From contig JAAOMT010000129.1 in NCBI GenBank assembly GCA_016748015.1, positions 1,159,206 to 1,223,205 on the forward strand: a DNA stretch of 64,000 nucleotides. The letters run 5' to 3'. The notes below the pieces were generated by a model. That model was not told the DNA's origin and did not search any database. It saw only the letters and a list, made by a program, of their open reading frames with translations. Positions within the stretch are counted from its first letter, which is position 1. Each line of letters starts with the position of its first letter. Source of the stretch: Geosiphon pyriformis uo1. Taxonomy: Eukaryota; Fungi; Glomeromycota. A program made the translations under genes and the position numbers. This document shows positions 38,100 to 49,489 of the stretch, in pieces.

Positions 38100-40069
38100 T
38101 TAATGGTGCGCCTCCACGCTTGGAGTAGGCAGATTTCTGTGTAATGGGTTACAGATCGCAAGTGATGCATCCAAATTTTTATCAGCATCAGGAAAATAGA
38201 AGAAAGCAACAGCTATAATGAGATAAGAGGCCTAAAAATAGAAAATATGCCTGGTTAATGAATTTTTCAAATTTCACAAATTAAGAAAGGGACATAAACA
38301 CTTACGAGTAACATGATCCCTTCAAGCCAATTCGCTTTGCTATCAGCAACCAAATAGTTAACAATCAACACCGAACAGGCTAACACGGCAACTTCCAACG
38401 AAGTAAAGTCCAATGTCAAAGGTCGATCAATGAACCAACCAATAACAACAAGCAGAGGGCCAATCAGAAGCGCAATTTGCTGTTTTAAAAAATAAAAATA
38501 CCTTGCATTAATATTCAGGAAAAATATGGGAATCTAAAAAATTAGTAAACAACTTACCACTGAAGTATTAAGCACCAAACTGATAGCGGTGTCAATTTTA
38601 TCCTTTGCTGCATCTTTGATCGCATGATAGTGTTCAAGAGCGTTTGATATAACTATGAATGGGATAAGATTCCGTTTTGTATATTTTAAAATGGTTGATT
38701 ATAAATTGCTGAAAACTTATTTGACGAAAGTATTTACCACAAGTAGGAAGTAATACCATTCCAACGAATGAATGTCCAAGTTTATATTTATGAGATACCT
38801 TTTCAATATTTGTCACGAGATATCTAGCACAAAAAGTAATGCCAGCCATCGCAATAGCAGCTCTTTAAAATGAAAATGCACTTATTAGAATGGATGTTTG
38901 GCAGAAGGTCAATCAACTTAATTAGAAACCTACATCAGAAGGTTGAAGACAAGGAAGAATTTTGGTTCCTTTTTTTCCACTTCGGTCATATCCACCAACT
39001 TTAATTGGGTTTTTGTTAGTTCAAAATTTGTTGTATATAAAGATATATCAATTAAAATTTATTTAAAAATTATACCTCTTGTGCATGTGTTTTAAGTTGG
39101 AAAACGAGTAATCCAGCATAAAGCATCAAAAGTATAATAGCAGTTGCACGACTAATGTTTTGCATGTCACAATTAATTTTCTCCGCCTCAAGGGGCGCAG
39201 CGGCCTTGAATGTTGCCGGTACAACCAAGGCGAGAACAGCCAAAGCAAGAACTGAAGCACTGGTTGTCACAAACAGGCCTGCATCAATATCGGTGTTTAC
39301 ATTCAAAGGTTGACCTTTCTTTGGAAAGGAACTAACCAGAAAAACTAAGCCCAAGATCTTGATATAAAAAATTCTTTTAAGTTCACGAATTCCAATGAAC
39401 TCCCATAATTAAAGTACTCACCAAAAGAATATTGGACAAAATGGCTCCAAGAATGGAAGAACGAACAATTGCGTATTCTTCGTCATGTAGCGCGAAACCT
39501 AGAATAACAAGCTCCACCGCGTTTCCAGAGAATGCGTGAAGAACAGCAGCATAAGCCTAAGAATTTAGGGCAAAAACAAGGTGATAAGGATTCATATACG
39601 AGAAGCAACTCTAAGTTGAACGTGTATTTACCTGTCCTAATCTTGCAGTTGAATCATCAATAGCTATCGTTAAGATCTTTGCCAATGGTATTATAGCCAA
39701 CATGTTGAAGATAAAAATCAAAATGGCGCTGACATGTTGTTGGAGGTGAGGTAAGACAACCGCTGGTATGAAGAAAATCAACAACCAATTCGCTTTGATG
39801 CTAGTCACGACAGATTTTGTGTGGTCAAACCACACGAGAGGGTTATGGTGAATGATGTCGCTAGTTTTTATTTTACCCATGTTAGACACAGAAGGTTTTT
39901 CTTGGTCATGTCCCAAGCCAGCACCACCATGGGCCCCCTGTCCATGAGCGTAGCCTGTTCTATGTCTAGTTTCAGCGTGATTATTCTCAGAAGATTCTGA
40001 ACCGTATGGTTGTGGCATAGACATAAATACAGATGAGTTTTCTTCACCGGGTTTTTGTGGTGATGCCAT
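38100..40069 (-). CDS. VCX1: CAX-family Ca2+/H+ exchanger, multi-exon
   Basis: AIIPLA, GNAVE, LGAILSNILL, FQLKTH, SNALEH, KANWLEG motifs; GT-AG introns. Confidence 0.88.
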
Positions 40070-40900
40070 TTTTTTTAAAAGATTCTTTTAATAAAAATGT
40101 TCGAGATGAATAGCTCTTCAAGAGCTCTAATTTTATACCAATTGTTTGGCAAGAAAAGCTTAAAGGGTTCTTCTACTCGCTCGGTAAATTTGTATAATGT
40201 TTTTTAGATAAAAAAAAGGGAAAATAAATAAACGAAAGAAAAAGAATGCGAGATATGGGAATTCATATTTCGCAACATAAATGTATAATATATATGTGCA
40301 ATTAATTGTTGTGATACAGTTGAATTCCAGACTCTGCTGATCTTCAAAGCCATTTTCAAAAATGGCCATCTAAATATTTAATTTGGTTTTTTAAAACTTT
40401 TAAAATATTGAATTATAAATATAAAAATTGTTTTTCAAACAATTTTTACTTTTAATAAATTTTAAATTTAATATGTCAAAGTTTTCGGTGACATTGTTCG
40501 CTAATAGAAGATGTCCTAATATAGTTTGAAGTAGTTTTGATCGGCTCGGGTGGCTGGTCACGTGCAGTATGCGCGACCACATTTAATGTATGACATTCAT
40601 GTCATGCGGTGGTTGGACTACAACTTATTCTATTTTTTTGTTATAACAAAGTATAATCCAATTATATGGGGCAGACTGCAACAAAACCAGACAAAGTGAA
40701 CATGTGCTAAAATTAATTGATGTGGCTAGAGGATTTGACCAATGTGAATGATGAAGACTTTAGTGGCTCATGCATTAAATCATGGATTAATTTTTACATC
40801 TTTCAAGCCATATTATAGCAGATGTGATAATATTCAAAATTACTAAGTTGAAACGGACACATATTTCATATAGGCCTATCTCTATATAAAAAATATAAAT

Positions 40901-41101
40901 ATGAAACTAATTTGCATTAAATCCACCATGGAACCCAAGAATTACAGCAGCATTAGAAGCATTTTAAAGAAAGCTCAAGGAGAAAAAATTACTCCATACA
41001 TTTTTAAAATAAATGACACCAAAATTCTCCAGGAATATCTAGATAAAGAAAAAATCACTTATGAAATTTATCTAGAAGAAAAAGTCCTAATCACGAATTA
41101 A
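40901..41101 (+). CDS. small intronless 66-aa ORF, possibly of bacterial origin
   Basis: Clean ATG-TAA ORF directly upstream of the TGA=Trp fragment. Confidence 0.4.
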   Translation: MKLICIKSTMEPKNYSSIRSILKKAQGEKITPYIFKINDTKILQEYLDKEKITYEIYLEEKVLITN

Positions 41102-41166
41102 GCAAAAAAAGAAAACTAGAAATTAAATAGTATAAATTTAATTAAATGTTATAAAAATAATTATTA

Positions 41167-41735
41167 TGAATAACATAAATGATAAACAATTATTTTTTAA
41201 AAAACAGCCAACAAAAAAGCCAAGAAATTATTAATGAATTAAATGAAAATTTTAAGAAAACTAAAACCGTCGGAGATGTTAGCTCGCTTTCAGTGGTATC
41301 GACAAAATGGACTACCTAACGAAATCAATTTTTTAATCGAAAAGTTTGCTCTTGAAGAGACGGGGAAAAATCGAGGCAGAATTCAACAAATTTATTCTTG
41401 AAAATGATTTTCCTAAATTAAGAGAATAAATAGATAATGCTATTAAAACTCGTGAAGAATTAGAAAGGTTAGAAAAATTAATACCGAGGCATGGTAGCAC
41501 TAATTACACAGATTTTGATGATTATTACGAGAGCGGAAAAAGATTATGAGAAAGTCAAATTGAATCGGAAAAGGAAACACAATGAGAACGAATTCATAAA
41601 GTTAATCAGAAACTGTGAAAAGAATTTCAACCCGTTTGAGTTAAAGAATATTTAGCCCGCAAGCAATTTTATTGAAAAAATAACTTGCCTGTCGAATTAA
41701 TTATATATTATAAAATATATAAGTCAAATTTATAG
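41167..41735 (+). pseudogene. gene fragment in genetic code 4 (TGA=Trp), putatively from a Mollicutes-related endobacterium
   Basis: Five in-frame TGA (41547, 41583, 41616, 41637, 41673) in 101 codons with no TAA, TAG or TGG; frameshifts upstream. Confidence 0.7.
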
Positions 41736-42186
41736 TTTAATTTTTAAGAGTAAAAAAATTATAGGTTTTTGTAAAATCACACTTTGTCAAAACATAAAAA
41801 AAGCTTATTTTATTTTATTTTTAAATATATTAAATTAAAATTTTAATATTTAAAATCATTAATTAATTTGAATTTTAAAAAAAGTTTAACAAAATTAAAT
41901 TTATTTTAAGCTTTTAAAAATGCATTTTAATTATTTTTTATTTATATATAACTAAAATTTTATAATAAATACAGTTTATATAGTTTTAATATACAATTAA
42001 TTATTTTAATATAAGTCAATAAATTTTGTAATCTATAATTTATTACAATTAAAGACTGTTTGCAAGGTCATAAATATTTAAAAAATAGATTTTTTATTTG
42101 TTTTAAATCATATAGATCTCTTAAACAATAATAAATTTAAATATTTTTTAAATCAAAGTACGTTTTAACATTTATAACAGAATTTC

Positions 42187-42188
<2 letters not shown>

Positions 42189-42230
<42 letters not shown>
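42189..42230 (+). repeat. (TTA)14 microsatellite
   Basis: Read directly. Confidence 0.95.
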
Positions 42231-42231
<1 letters not shown>

Positions 42232-42540
42232 GCTTTAACAAAGTAAGATTCTTCCACTGCACGTAATCAGCCACAGGATTTATGTTAAAACATCACTAAG
42301 CATTATACAACAACTCAGCAGAAACATACAAACCACGCGCCACACGGTTCCACACATGCGAAACATTAGAAGATTTTGGAACCAAAAATAATCCGAAATA
42401 GCTCAAATACCTAACACCAAACAAACCAATACCAGGCAAGCTATTCAAAGCCACGGAAAACAAAGCCCTCTGGCATCCGCATCGGCAGCACATTCAAACA
42501 CATGATCCGAGTATTCTACAATCCCACACCTAAACACGTT
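42232..42540 (-). mobile_element. LINE ORF2 3' fragment
   Basis: FRCGIVEYSDHVFEC zinc-finger remnant, like CLLCSGVEFSDHAFTC at ~52070-52110. Confidence 0.6.
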
Positions 42541-43901
42541 TGTTTTAATTACAAAAAAAAACAATTAAGTTTAATTTTTTAATTATAGAATTTACAATCT
42601 TAATTTCAACAATTTTTATCTAAAATTATATTTTTTATTAGTAATAATACCAAAAAGATTAAAATTATGTGTTAATAAAAAGTAATAATTTTAATATAAA
42701 ATATTAAGTTTGCAAATTAAATAATAAAAACTTTAAATACAACAAAAAATTTAAAAAAGTCTTTTAACAATTAAATAATCCAAGTTTTAACATTTATAAT
42801 AATATTAATATTCAGAAATCTTTTATTAAATATAATGTTTTTTTACAAAGTATTAGTTTTAATAATAGCATTATTAAAAGCTTTTTTAAAATTAAAAATA
42901 ATAATAACATATTTTTGCTAATAATTAAAATCAAAAAATATAACAAATTTAATTATATATTAAAACAATTATATTACTTAATTTTAAAAGTAGTATAACC
43001 AAAAAAAATCGAATATTTCTGATCATAAAAGCATTACAAAAAGCAATATATTTTTTTTAATAAAAAAAATTTTAATATTGTTTTTTTTATTAACAAAAAT
43101 AGCTTTAAAATCTTAAAATACACAATAATATATTATTACAAATTAATAAATTTCAATTTAATATTAAAAATAATATTTAAAGAAACATTATAAAATATTA
43201 TAATAATAAAAATAAATTGAAAACAAAAATTATAAAAAACTTAGCAATTTTAAAATTAATTTATATTAATTTTAACAAATATGTTATTGCTATTATTGTC
43301 TAAAAATTGTTTTTAATTTTTAATATTATTTAAATAATAATAAAAACAAAAAAACAAAAGCTTAATTACTGGTTTTTGGTTAAAAATTTTTGGGCTTTTA
43401 ACAATTATAACAGCAACATTAAAATTATTTAGAATAAATTATTTTAAAAAACTTTGAAAAAAAAAGTACTTTCAATTAAAGACAAAAAGTGAGTAATTAA
43501 AAACTGTTTTTATTTTATATTACTTAAAAAAAATGTTTTAACAAAGTATTATTTAATTGTTTTTACTGTTAAATGAACTTTTTAGATAAAAAAAATAAGA
43601 ATTACTTTTTTACTTTTTGTTCCAGTTGTAATTGTAAAAATACAAAAAAAAATTTTTTTCAAAATAATAATACATATATTTTAAAAAACAAAGACATTTA
43701 TAAATAAATAATTTTAATATTTAATTTATATATAAAACACACATAATTAATTATAATAAATAACATTAAGAATTAATCATATTAATTTGATAATCTTTGC
43801 CAAGGTTGCATGCATAATCTGATCAGTATTTTTAAAAACTTTTAACTAGCGGGTTATTCGTTTCAGTTTGGACCACCATACCATTGACTACAACTTCAAA
43901 T

Positions 43902-45089
43902 ATGGATATCATTCTCGAACTTGCTGATGGATACCTTTTTGATGATTTTTACGCGTCACTTTCACCGTTTTTACCTGCTCCCATCAGAAAAAACGACACC
44001 CATTTTTTCGATACCCCTTTAAATAACTTCTCCATCCTTGCCCGAGACAACATATACCGTCAATTTACATCGCTCTTTTTCATAACCCTTATTTTCGCTG
44101 TCTTTTTCTATTTTTTCTTCGCCGGGTTGTCCTATTATTTTGTATTTGATCATGACCTAATGAACCACCCTAAATACCTTCCAAATCAAATCCATAAAGA
44201 GATAACTCTTAGCGTGAAAGGATTTCCCTTGTTAACCCTTGTTACCTTGCCATGGTTTCTTGGAGAGGTTCGGGGTCATTCAAGACTCTATGATAATATC
44301 AACAGTTATGGCTGGTTTTACGCGATTTTTTCTGTTGGATTTTTCTTGTTCTTTACCGATGCTTGTATATATTGGATTCATCGTTTCCTACATTATCCGT
44401 TAATCTATAAAAGATTACATAAGGTGATATTTAATTGAATTTACATCAAACAATACCTTTTTATTTAGATTTGATCACTCTATTTTAATAAAACTTTTTG
44501 GCCACTTCTTCAAATTCAGGCTCATCATCGTTGGATAAGTAAGGATAAAATTTCTTTTTTTGATATTTGCTCGTTATTTCTTATTGCAGATTTCTCAATC
44601 CATTAATAATAATCCTATTTTGAACAGTTCCAACACCGTTTTCTTCGCATGCATTCAACCCCCTCGATGGCTATTTACAATCGATCCCTTACCATTTCTT
44701 TGTATTTTTATTTCCATTGCATAAATACCTCTATTTGGGCTTATTTGTGTTTGTGAATGTGTGGACAATATTAATACATGATGGTAAACGTTGTTAATTG
44801 CGTATTTTTCATTCATTCAACAATTATATTAAGATTATTCTGTATTACAGGGGAATTTCTTGCTTCTGGTCCTTTCATCAATGGCGCTGCTCATCACACA
44901 CTTCATCATTTATATTTTAATTACAACTATGGCCAATATTTCACAGTGTGGGATAAGATGTGTGGCAGCTACCGATTGCCGAATGAGGAACAACTGGATG
45001 AGAAATTAAGGAAAAATGATCAGATATGGGTAAAACAAGCTAAAGAGGTGGATGAATTTGATGAATTCGGGAAATTGAAAACAAATTGA
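43902..45089 (+). CDS. ERG3: C-5 sterol desaturase, 4 exons
   Basis: His boxes HRFLH, HK|AHH, HHTLHH; SHAFNPLDG; NYGQY..WD; 19-bp mini-exon 44520-44538. Confidence 0.93.
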
Positions 45090-45699
45090 AAGGAGGGAAT
45101 TTTACTCTCTTTAAATTGCATTATTGGATACATTTAATCAAACTATCAATATCTTCACGGAATATTCAATTTTACCGCGAACCATGGATTTTTTGAACTT
45201 GAACTATTTATTGATTGATTATATGCATTTGTATTTATTTATAACTCAAAATTCCTATCGGAATCTTAATTTTTGAAAACTCTATTCTATATGAAATGCA
45301 AAAACTAAATTTACAATCCGATTGCTTCCAAAACCAAGCGAAAATCTATTTCACGAGCTGAATCAGTATTCAAGTCTAATATTCTTATAAGTATGATTGA
45401 TTATTGATCAAGCAATTTTTCGACTTGAAACTATTTTCATCAACTCAAGCCGAAGCAATTTATGAAATCAATTTATGCTTACAAGTCTGTTTCTATACAT
45501 TTGGAGCATCCACATGTCTTTATTTGACTTCCGTGTTAACTTTTTAATCATAAACTTAAGTCGGTCCAAAAGAATCGTAGATATCTTGTATCTTTCATTC
45601 TGTCCTGATGCTCAAGACATAACTTGGTCAGCAAACCCTCCTTCAATTGTTCTGAGAACAGGTACGCACTAAGAACCAGGAAGCAGATGGGACTGAGTT

Positions 45700-45850
45700 T
45701 AATTCATACTCTAGATTCGTGATTCACACGTCAAGAGCCACCCTTCTGCTAAAAAAAACAATGCTTACGGCGTAGAGGTTTCCCGGGGCTCGGCACACGG
45801 CTCGAACGATTTGATGGAGAAGGGGTCTGGATAAATTGGAGAGAATCAAG
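45700..45850 (-). ncRNA. candidate Fanzor omegaRNA scaffold
   Basis: GC-rich segment at the Fanzor 3' end; 7-bp stem GAGCCGU/GUGGCUC closes only on the minus strand (G-U pairs). Confidence 0.4.
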
Positions 45851-47140
45851 GCTCCATCAAGCAATGCCCATTTTCATCTCTGCTCATTACACGCAATTCT
45901 GGCAGTATCTGATGCTTTTATATTACCATACGAGGTACAATTCTTGGATGTATAAACCTCATTTAGATGACAACACGTCGTAACTTCCCGGCCTTGACGA
46001 TCAGCGGTTGACGTAAACGGTAATGTGCCCAGCAGAGCATTTTCCAAACAATCTTTCGTGTATTTTTCTCGCCTTACAATTCACCTTGTCAGAAATTTCA
46101 AATAGCGGGATAACGATTGCGTCAAACTCGCGAGTTAAGAAACGATTGCCTTTCGGTGGATTTCTAGGCCCTACATTCTTACGTTTTGAAGTAAGGGGCA
46201 ATACCACGTATAGGATGTGTTAACGCCAGGATCCATAAAGAATGCATAAATGGATTTGTCCGCATGGCTGTCTTTGCATTTCATAAACCCAGGAAAATGT
46301 ACATTCGTTGGTTTGTTGAGAATATACGAGTTTACCATCACATGTAATCTTGTGAGGATAATCCCACTTAATTTCGAAGGGTAAAGGCCATAGCACGCGT
46401 TTATCCTTATTATGATAAAAACTAAAATTTAGTTTAAGAATATTTTTAAGAAACTAAAATCCTTATCTTGCTTCGATATGCATTGAAGCAGTGTCATTAT
46501 ACGAGACATAAAAACGATTCCACGATGATGGACAAAAATCGTGGGCCTTAATTGTAACAGTCGGACAATGTATATGACTGAAAAGAAAATGATGTACGGC
46601 CCACCTTGTTGTCGCTGTATATTACTTTTAACAATTTCGTCTCGAGCTTTGAACGCCTGATCAATGGCTTCATCCGTGATATTAGCAGGAATTCAAGGAA
46701 CCTTGTAAGAGCATATCGAGACGGACAACGGCTCTAGAAAACTTTCTTTCGCCCAGATACGAAATACCGCTTCTGAGGTGGTCGGGATGCAACTTAATCA
46801 GCAACGTGCGGTTGAGAGTTTCTCCCTGGTTTCATCTTGCGGTTTTTGCTTGTTCTGGTGCTTTTCTGTATTTAATTTCCTTGAGAGAATTTTCTTTTAC
46901 TGGTTTGACCGCTGGTGTATCTTGGGAAAGTTCTTGTTCATCAAAGAGAACCACCAGTTTTGCAGAATGGAGGGAGGAGTATTGTATGAGATCGAAGGAA
47001 AAGCGGTAGAGACGCGATGGGTAACCACTTCAAAGACCCAAGTCCCCGGTCGTTTGAAGTTGACATTTGAACTGATATCGCTAAGGGAGGAGGGCTGCCG
47101 AGATCCTCGTTTTGCTTAACCCTGGAGATATGGACGGAGA
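45840..47140 (-). pseudogene. Fanzor2 (IS607-TnpB-like RNA-guided nuclease), frameshifted
   Basis: Ordered motifs: NRTLLIKLHP, PANITDEA..AFKA, CDGKLVY..FSWVYE, RuvC-I MDPGV (46225-46233), IHRK..FLTREFDAIVIPLF, KMLCWAHYRLRQ, EVYTSKNC (45943-45960), CQNC, RDENG (45867-45881), ALLDGA. Confidence 0.88.
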
Positions 47141-47281
47141 AAAGTTCCAATCAGCTCCGGTACGTGTAACAAAGCATATGATCTTAATTTTGTGATACAA
47201 GCCATCACAAAAATACACGAATGTGGCGTGACTTTTTTCCCCTAACTACATAATTCTAAAATTTTACCCTCTTTGCAAGCT

Positions 47282-49489
47282 ATGGCATCTGCCACTTCTC
47301 GTAACCCTGGTGGACACACTAACATTTCAGTAGCTGGTAGCTCGTCAACTGCTGGGAAAAAGCGTCATGCAGGAGAATCAGTGCCGATTATCCAATCGGT
47401 TAGGTAAGAAATGTCATTGCGAATTCGGTGAAACCGGTCAAATTAATGAATTTTTATCAATTTTTATCATAGGAAAAAGCGACCTGGAATCATTGATCGC
47501 AACATTCCTAGCGGGGTATTGTTGTTTTTAACATATCTGTGGGTGAGTGGAATCTAATAGCAACATTCAGTTAAATTTCTGTCAATTTACTTGCAGATCG
47601 AGGGGATAGTACCGGAATCAAGACTTTATGCGGACCTTCAACATTTTGAAAGATTGCTTGACGCCACCATCATAAGAAAAAGACTAGAGAATCATGAAGC
47701 TATGAGCACTAAGCCAATGAAGGTATTCGATCGCATCTGTTTACATTCAAGTAAATGCGATAGTCTGATATTTACATCATACGAGTTTCCCTCGCCTTGC
47801 CAAAATATTGAATAGACAAAGCGTATTCTCCGAGTTTTTATCTCGAATTCCGCGGCAAACCAACATGTTCCTGATACGAATGAACCCGATCTTGATTATC
47901 AGACTGGAAATATTCCATCTTGGACTTTAAGAATTGAAGGTCGATTGTTGGATGTAAGAATTCATCACGTTTTCCTTTTTGATTATTTTCAAAGATTAAT
48001 ATTTGTGTATTTTTTTCATAATATCAATAGCCTCCGTATGCAGCCCCTAAAGGAAGATCAAGCTCTCGAAAGTTTTCTTTTTTTTTAAAATCAGTTTTGG
48101 TTGAGCTGGATCGTGATCCAGAATTATTCCCAGAAGGGAATACAATGGAGGTTAGATTTAAAAAGAACTTCCAAAAAATTCATATCTACCACACCTAAAG
48201 GTAAATTTTGCTTTAGTGGACCCGAACTTCAAACACGCAAGAATGCGATGGATTTGAGATCAAAAGAAAAGGAGACCAAAACGTCAAAGCAAGAATATTT
48301 CTTACCTTGGACAATCGGCCGGAAAAGTACAAATTGAGTCCCGCTTTTGCAAATTTGTTGGATATACAAGAGGAAACTAGGTCTGGAATTATTCGGGCTT
48401 TGTGGCAGTATGTCAAGGTTTGAAACTCATTTTTTACCAAAAGGACGTTGTACCAATATGATTGAAGTTTCTTTTTGAATAGTATCACAAATTGCAAGAT
48501 AGTGAGAATCAACGAATAATCAATTGTGATGCACCCCTTCAAGCGGCAAGTAAATTATCATTGCTATTATTAGTATTATCATTATTTCCTTACAAGCATT
48601 TTAATAACCCATGAATAGTATATTCCTATAGCTGTTTCATAAAGATAAGATATCTTTTCCTGAACTTCCAGAATTACTGAACCCATTAGTTGACCCTGTT
48701 GATCCTATCCAAATCGATTACACAATTCGGTAAATATCCCTGCTTATAGTGGTTTCTTTTGAAACGAGCATCAGTCGTGTTTAAAACATTCATTTGTTTT
48801 TATGTCTATCCGATTTGCTTAAAATCCAAATATTAAAATTTTTCTCGCATATTTGCAGCGTTGACAAAACCTTTCATGCCTCTAAATACGCGTACGATAT
48901 TGAAGTTGAAGTCGATGATGTTATGAGACAAAGAATGGCAATCGCCAATGCCAATACTGCACAAAACAAAGAGGTTCAGGCCTTAGATGAAAAGGTTAGT
49001 TACATCTTTGAACTTAAATCTGAAATCAATTCTACGGCTCATTCTCTCTGTTCCAGATCGTCCAGTGTATACAAAGTATCAATAATTCGAAGATCAAGCG
49101 TGATTTCTTGCTTCAGTTTACTCAATCGCCGGTTGACTTTATACAAAAATGGGTTGCTAGCCAAAGCCGTGATCTAGAGGTTGCTATTAGATTTTTTTCA
49201 AAATAAAAAACGCTATGCTAATAATAGTCTATTCTATTTAGGTAATTCTAGGCGAATCACGTTTCAACCTAGAGGAACAACGCCAAGCTGATTTCTATAA
49301 GCAACCATGGGCGAGTGGCGCTACTTTTCAATACATCGCTGCTAAGGCACGTTTTCGTCTTGATATTGTACTTTTCCTCGCTTTTTGCATTATCTTGTAC
49401 ATTTTTAATCAATTTCTCAAAATTGGTAGACTCAGCGACGAATGCAAGAGCTTCTAAGAAGTGGCGCTGCCAACAACCCTATAGTTTAG
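47282..49489 (+). CDS. SNF12: SWI/SNF-RSC subunit SNF12/RSC6/BAF60 (SWIB domain), multi-exon
   Basis: VPESRLYADLQHFERLLDATI, LRVFISN, WTLRIEGRLL, LWQYVKYHKLQD, FYKQPW. Confidence 0.92.

Noticed and set aside
40540-40580. CACGTG box upstream of CAX
   Set aside because: A single hexamer is insufficient evidence
45081-45652. imperfect inverted repeat AATTGAA(A)GGAGGG as TIRs
   Set aside because: Short and gapped, overlaps the ERG3 stop, no TSD
45720-45810. HDV or hammerhead ribozyme
   Set aside because: Could not build the required core; position favours a Fanzor RNA
46778-47119. plus-strand 113-aa ORF
   Set aside because: Antisense shadow of the Fanzor N-terminal frame
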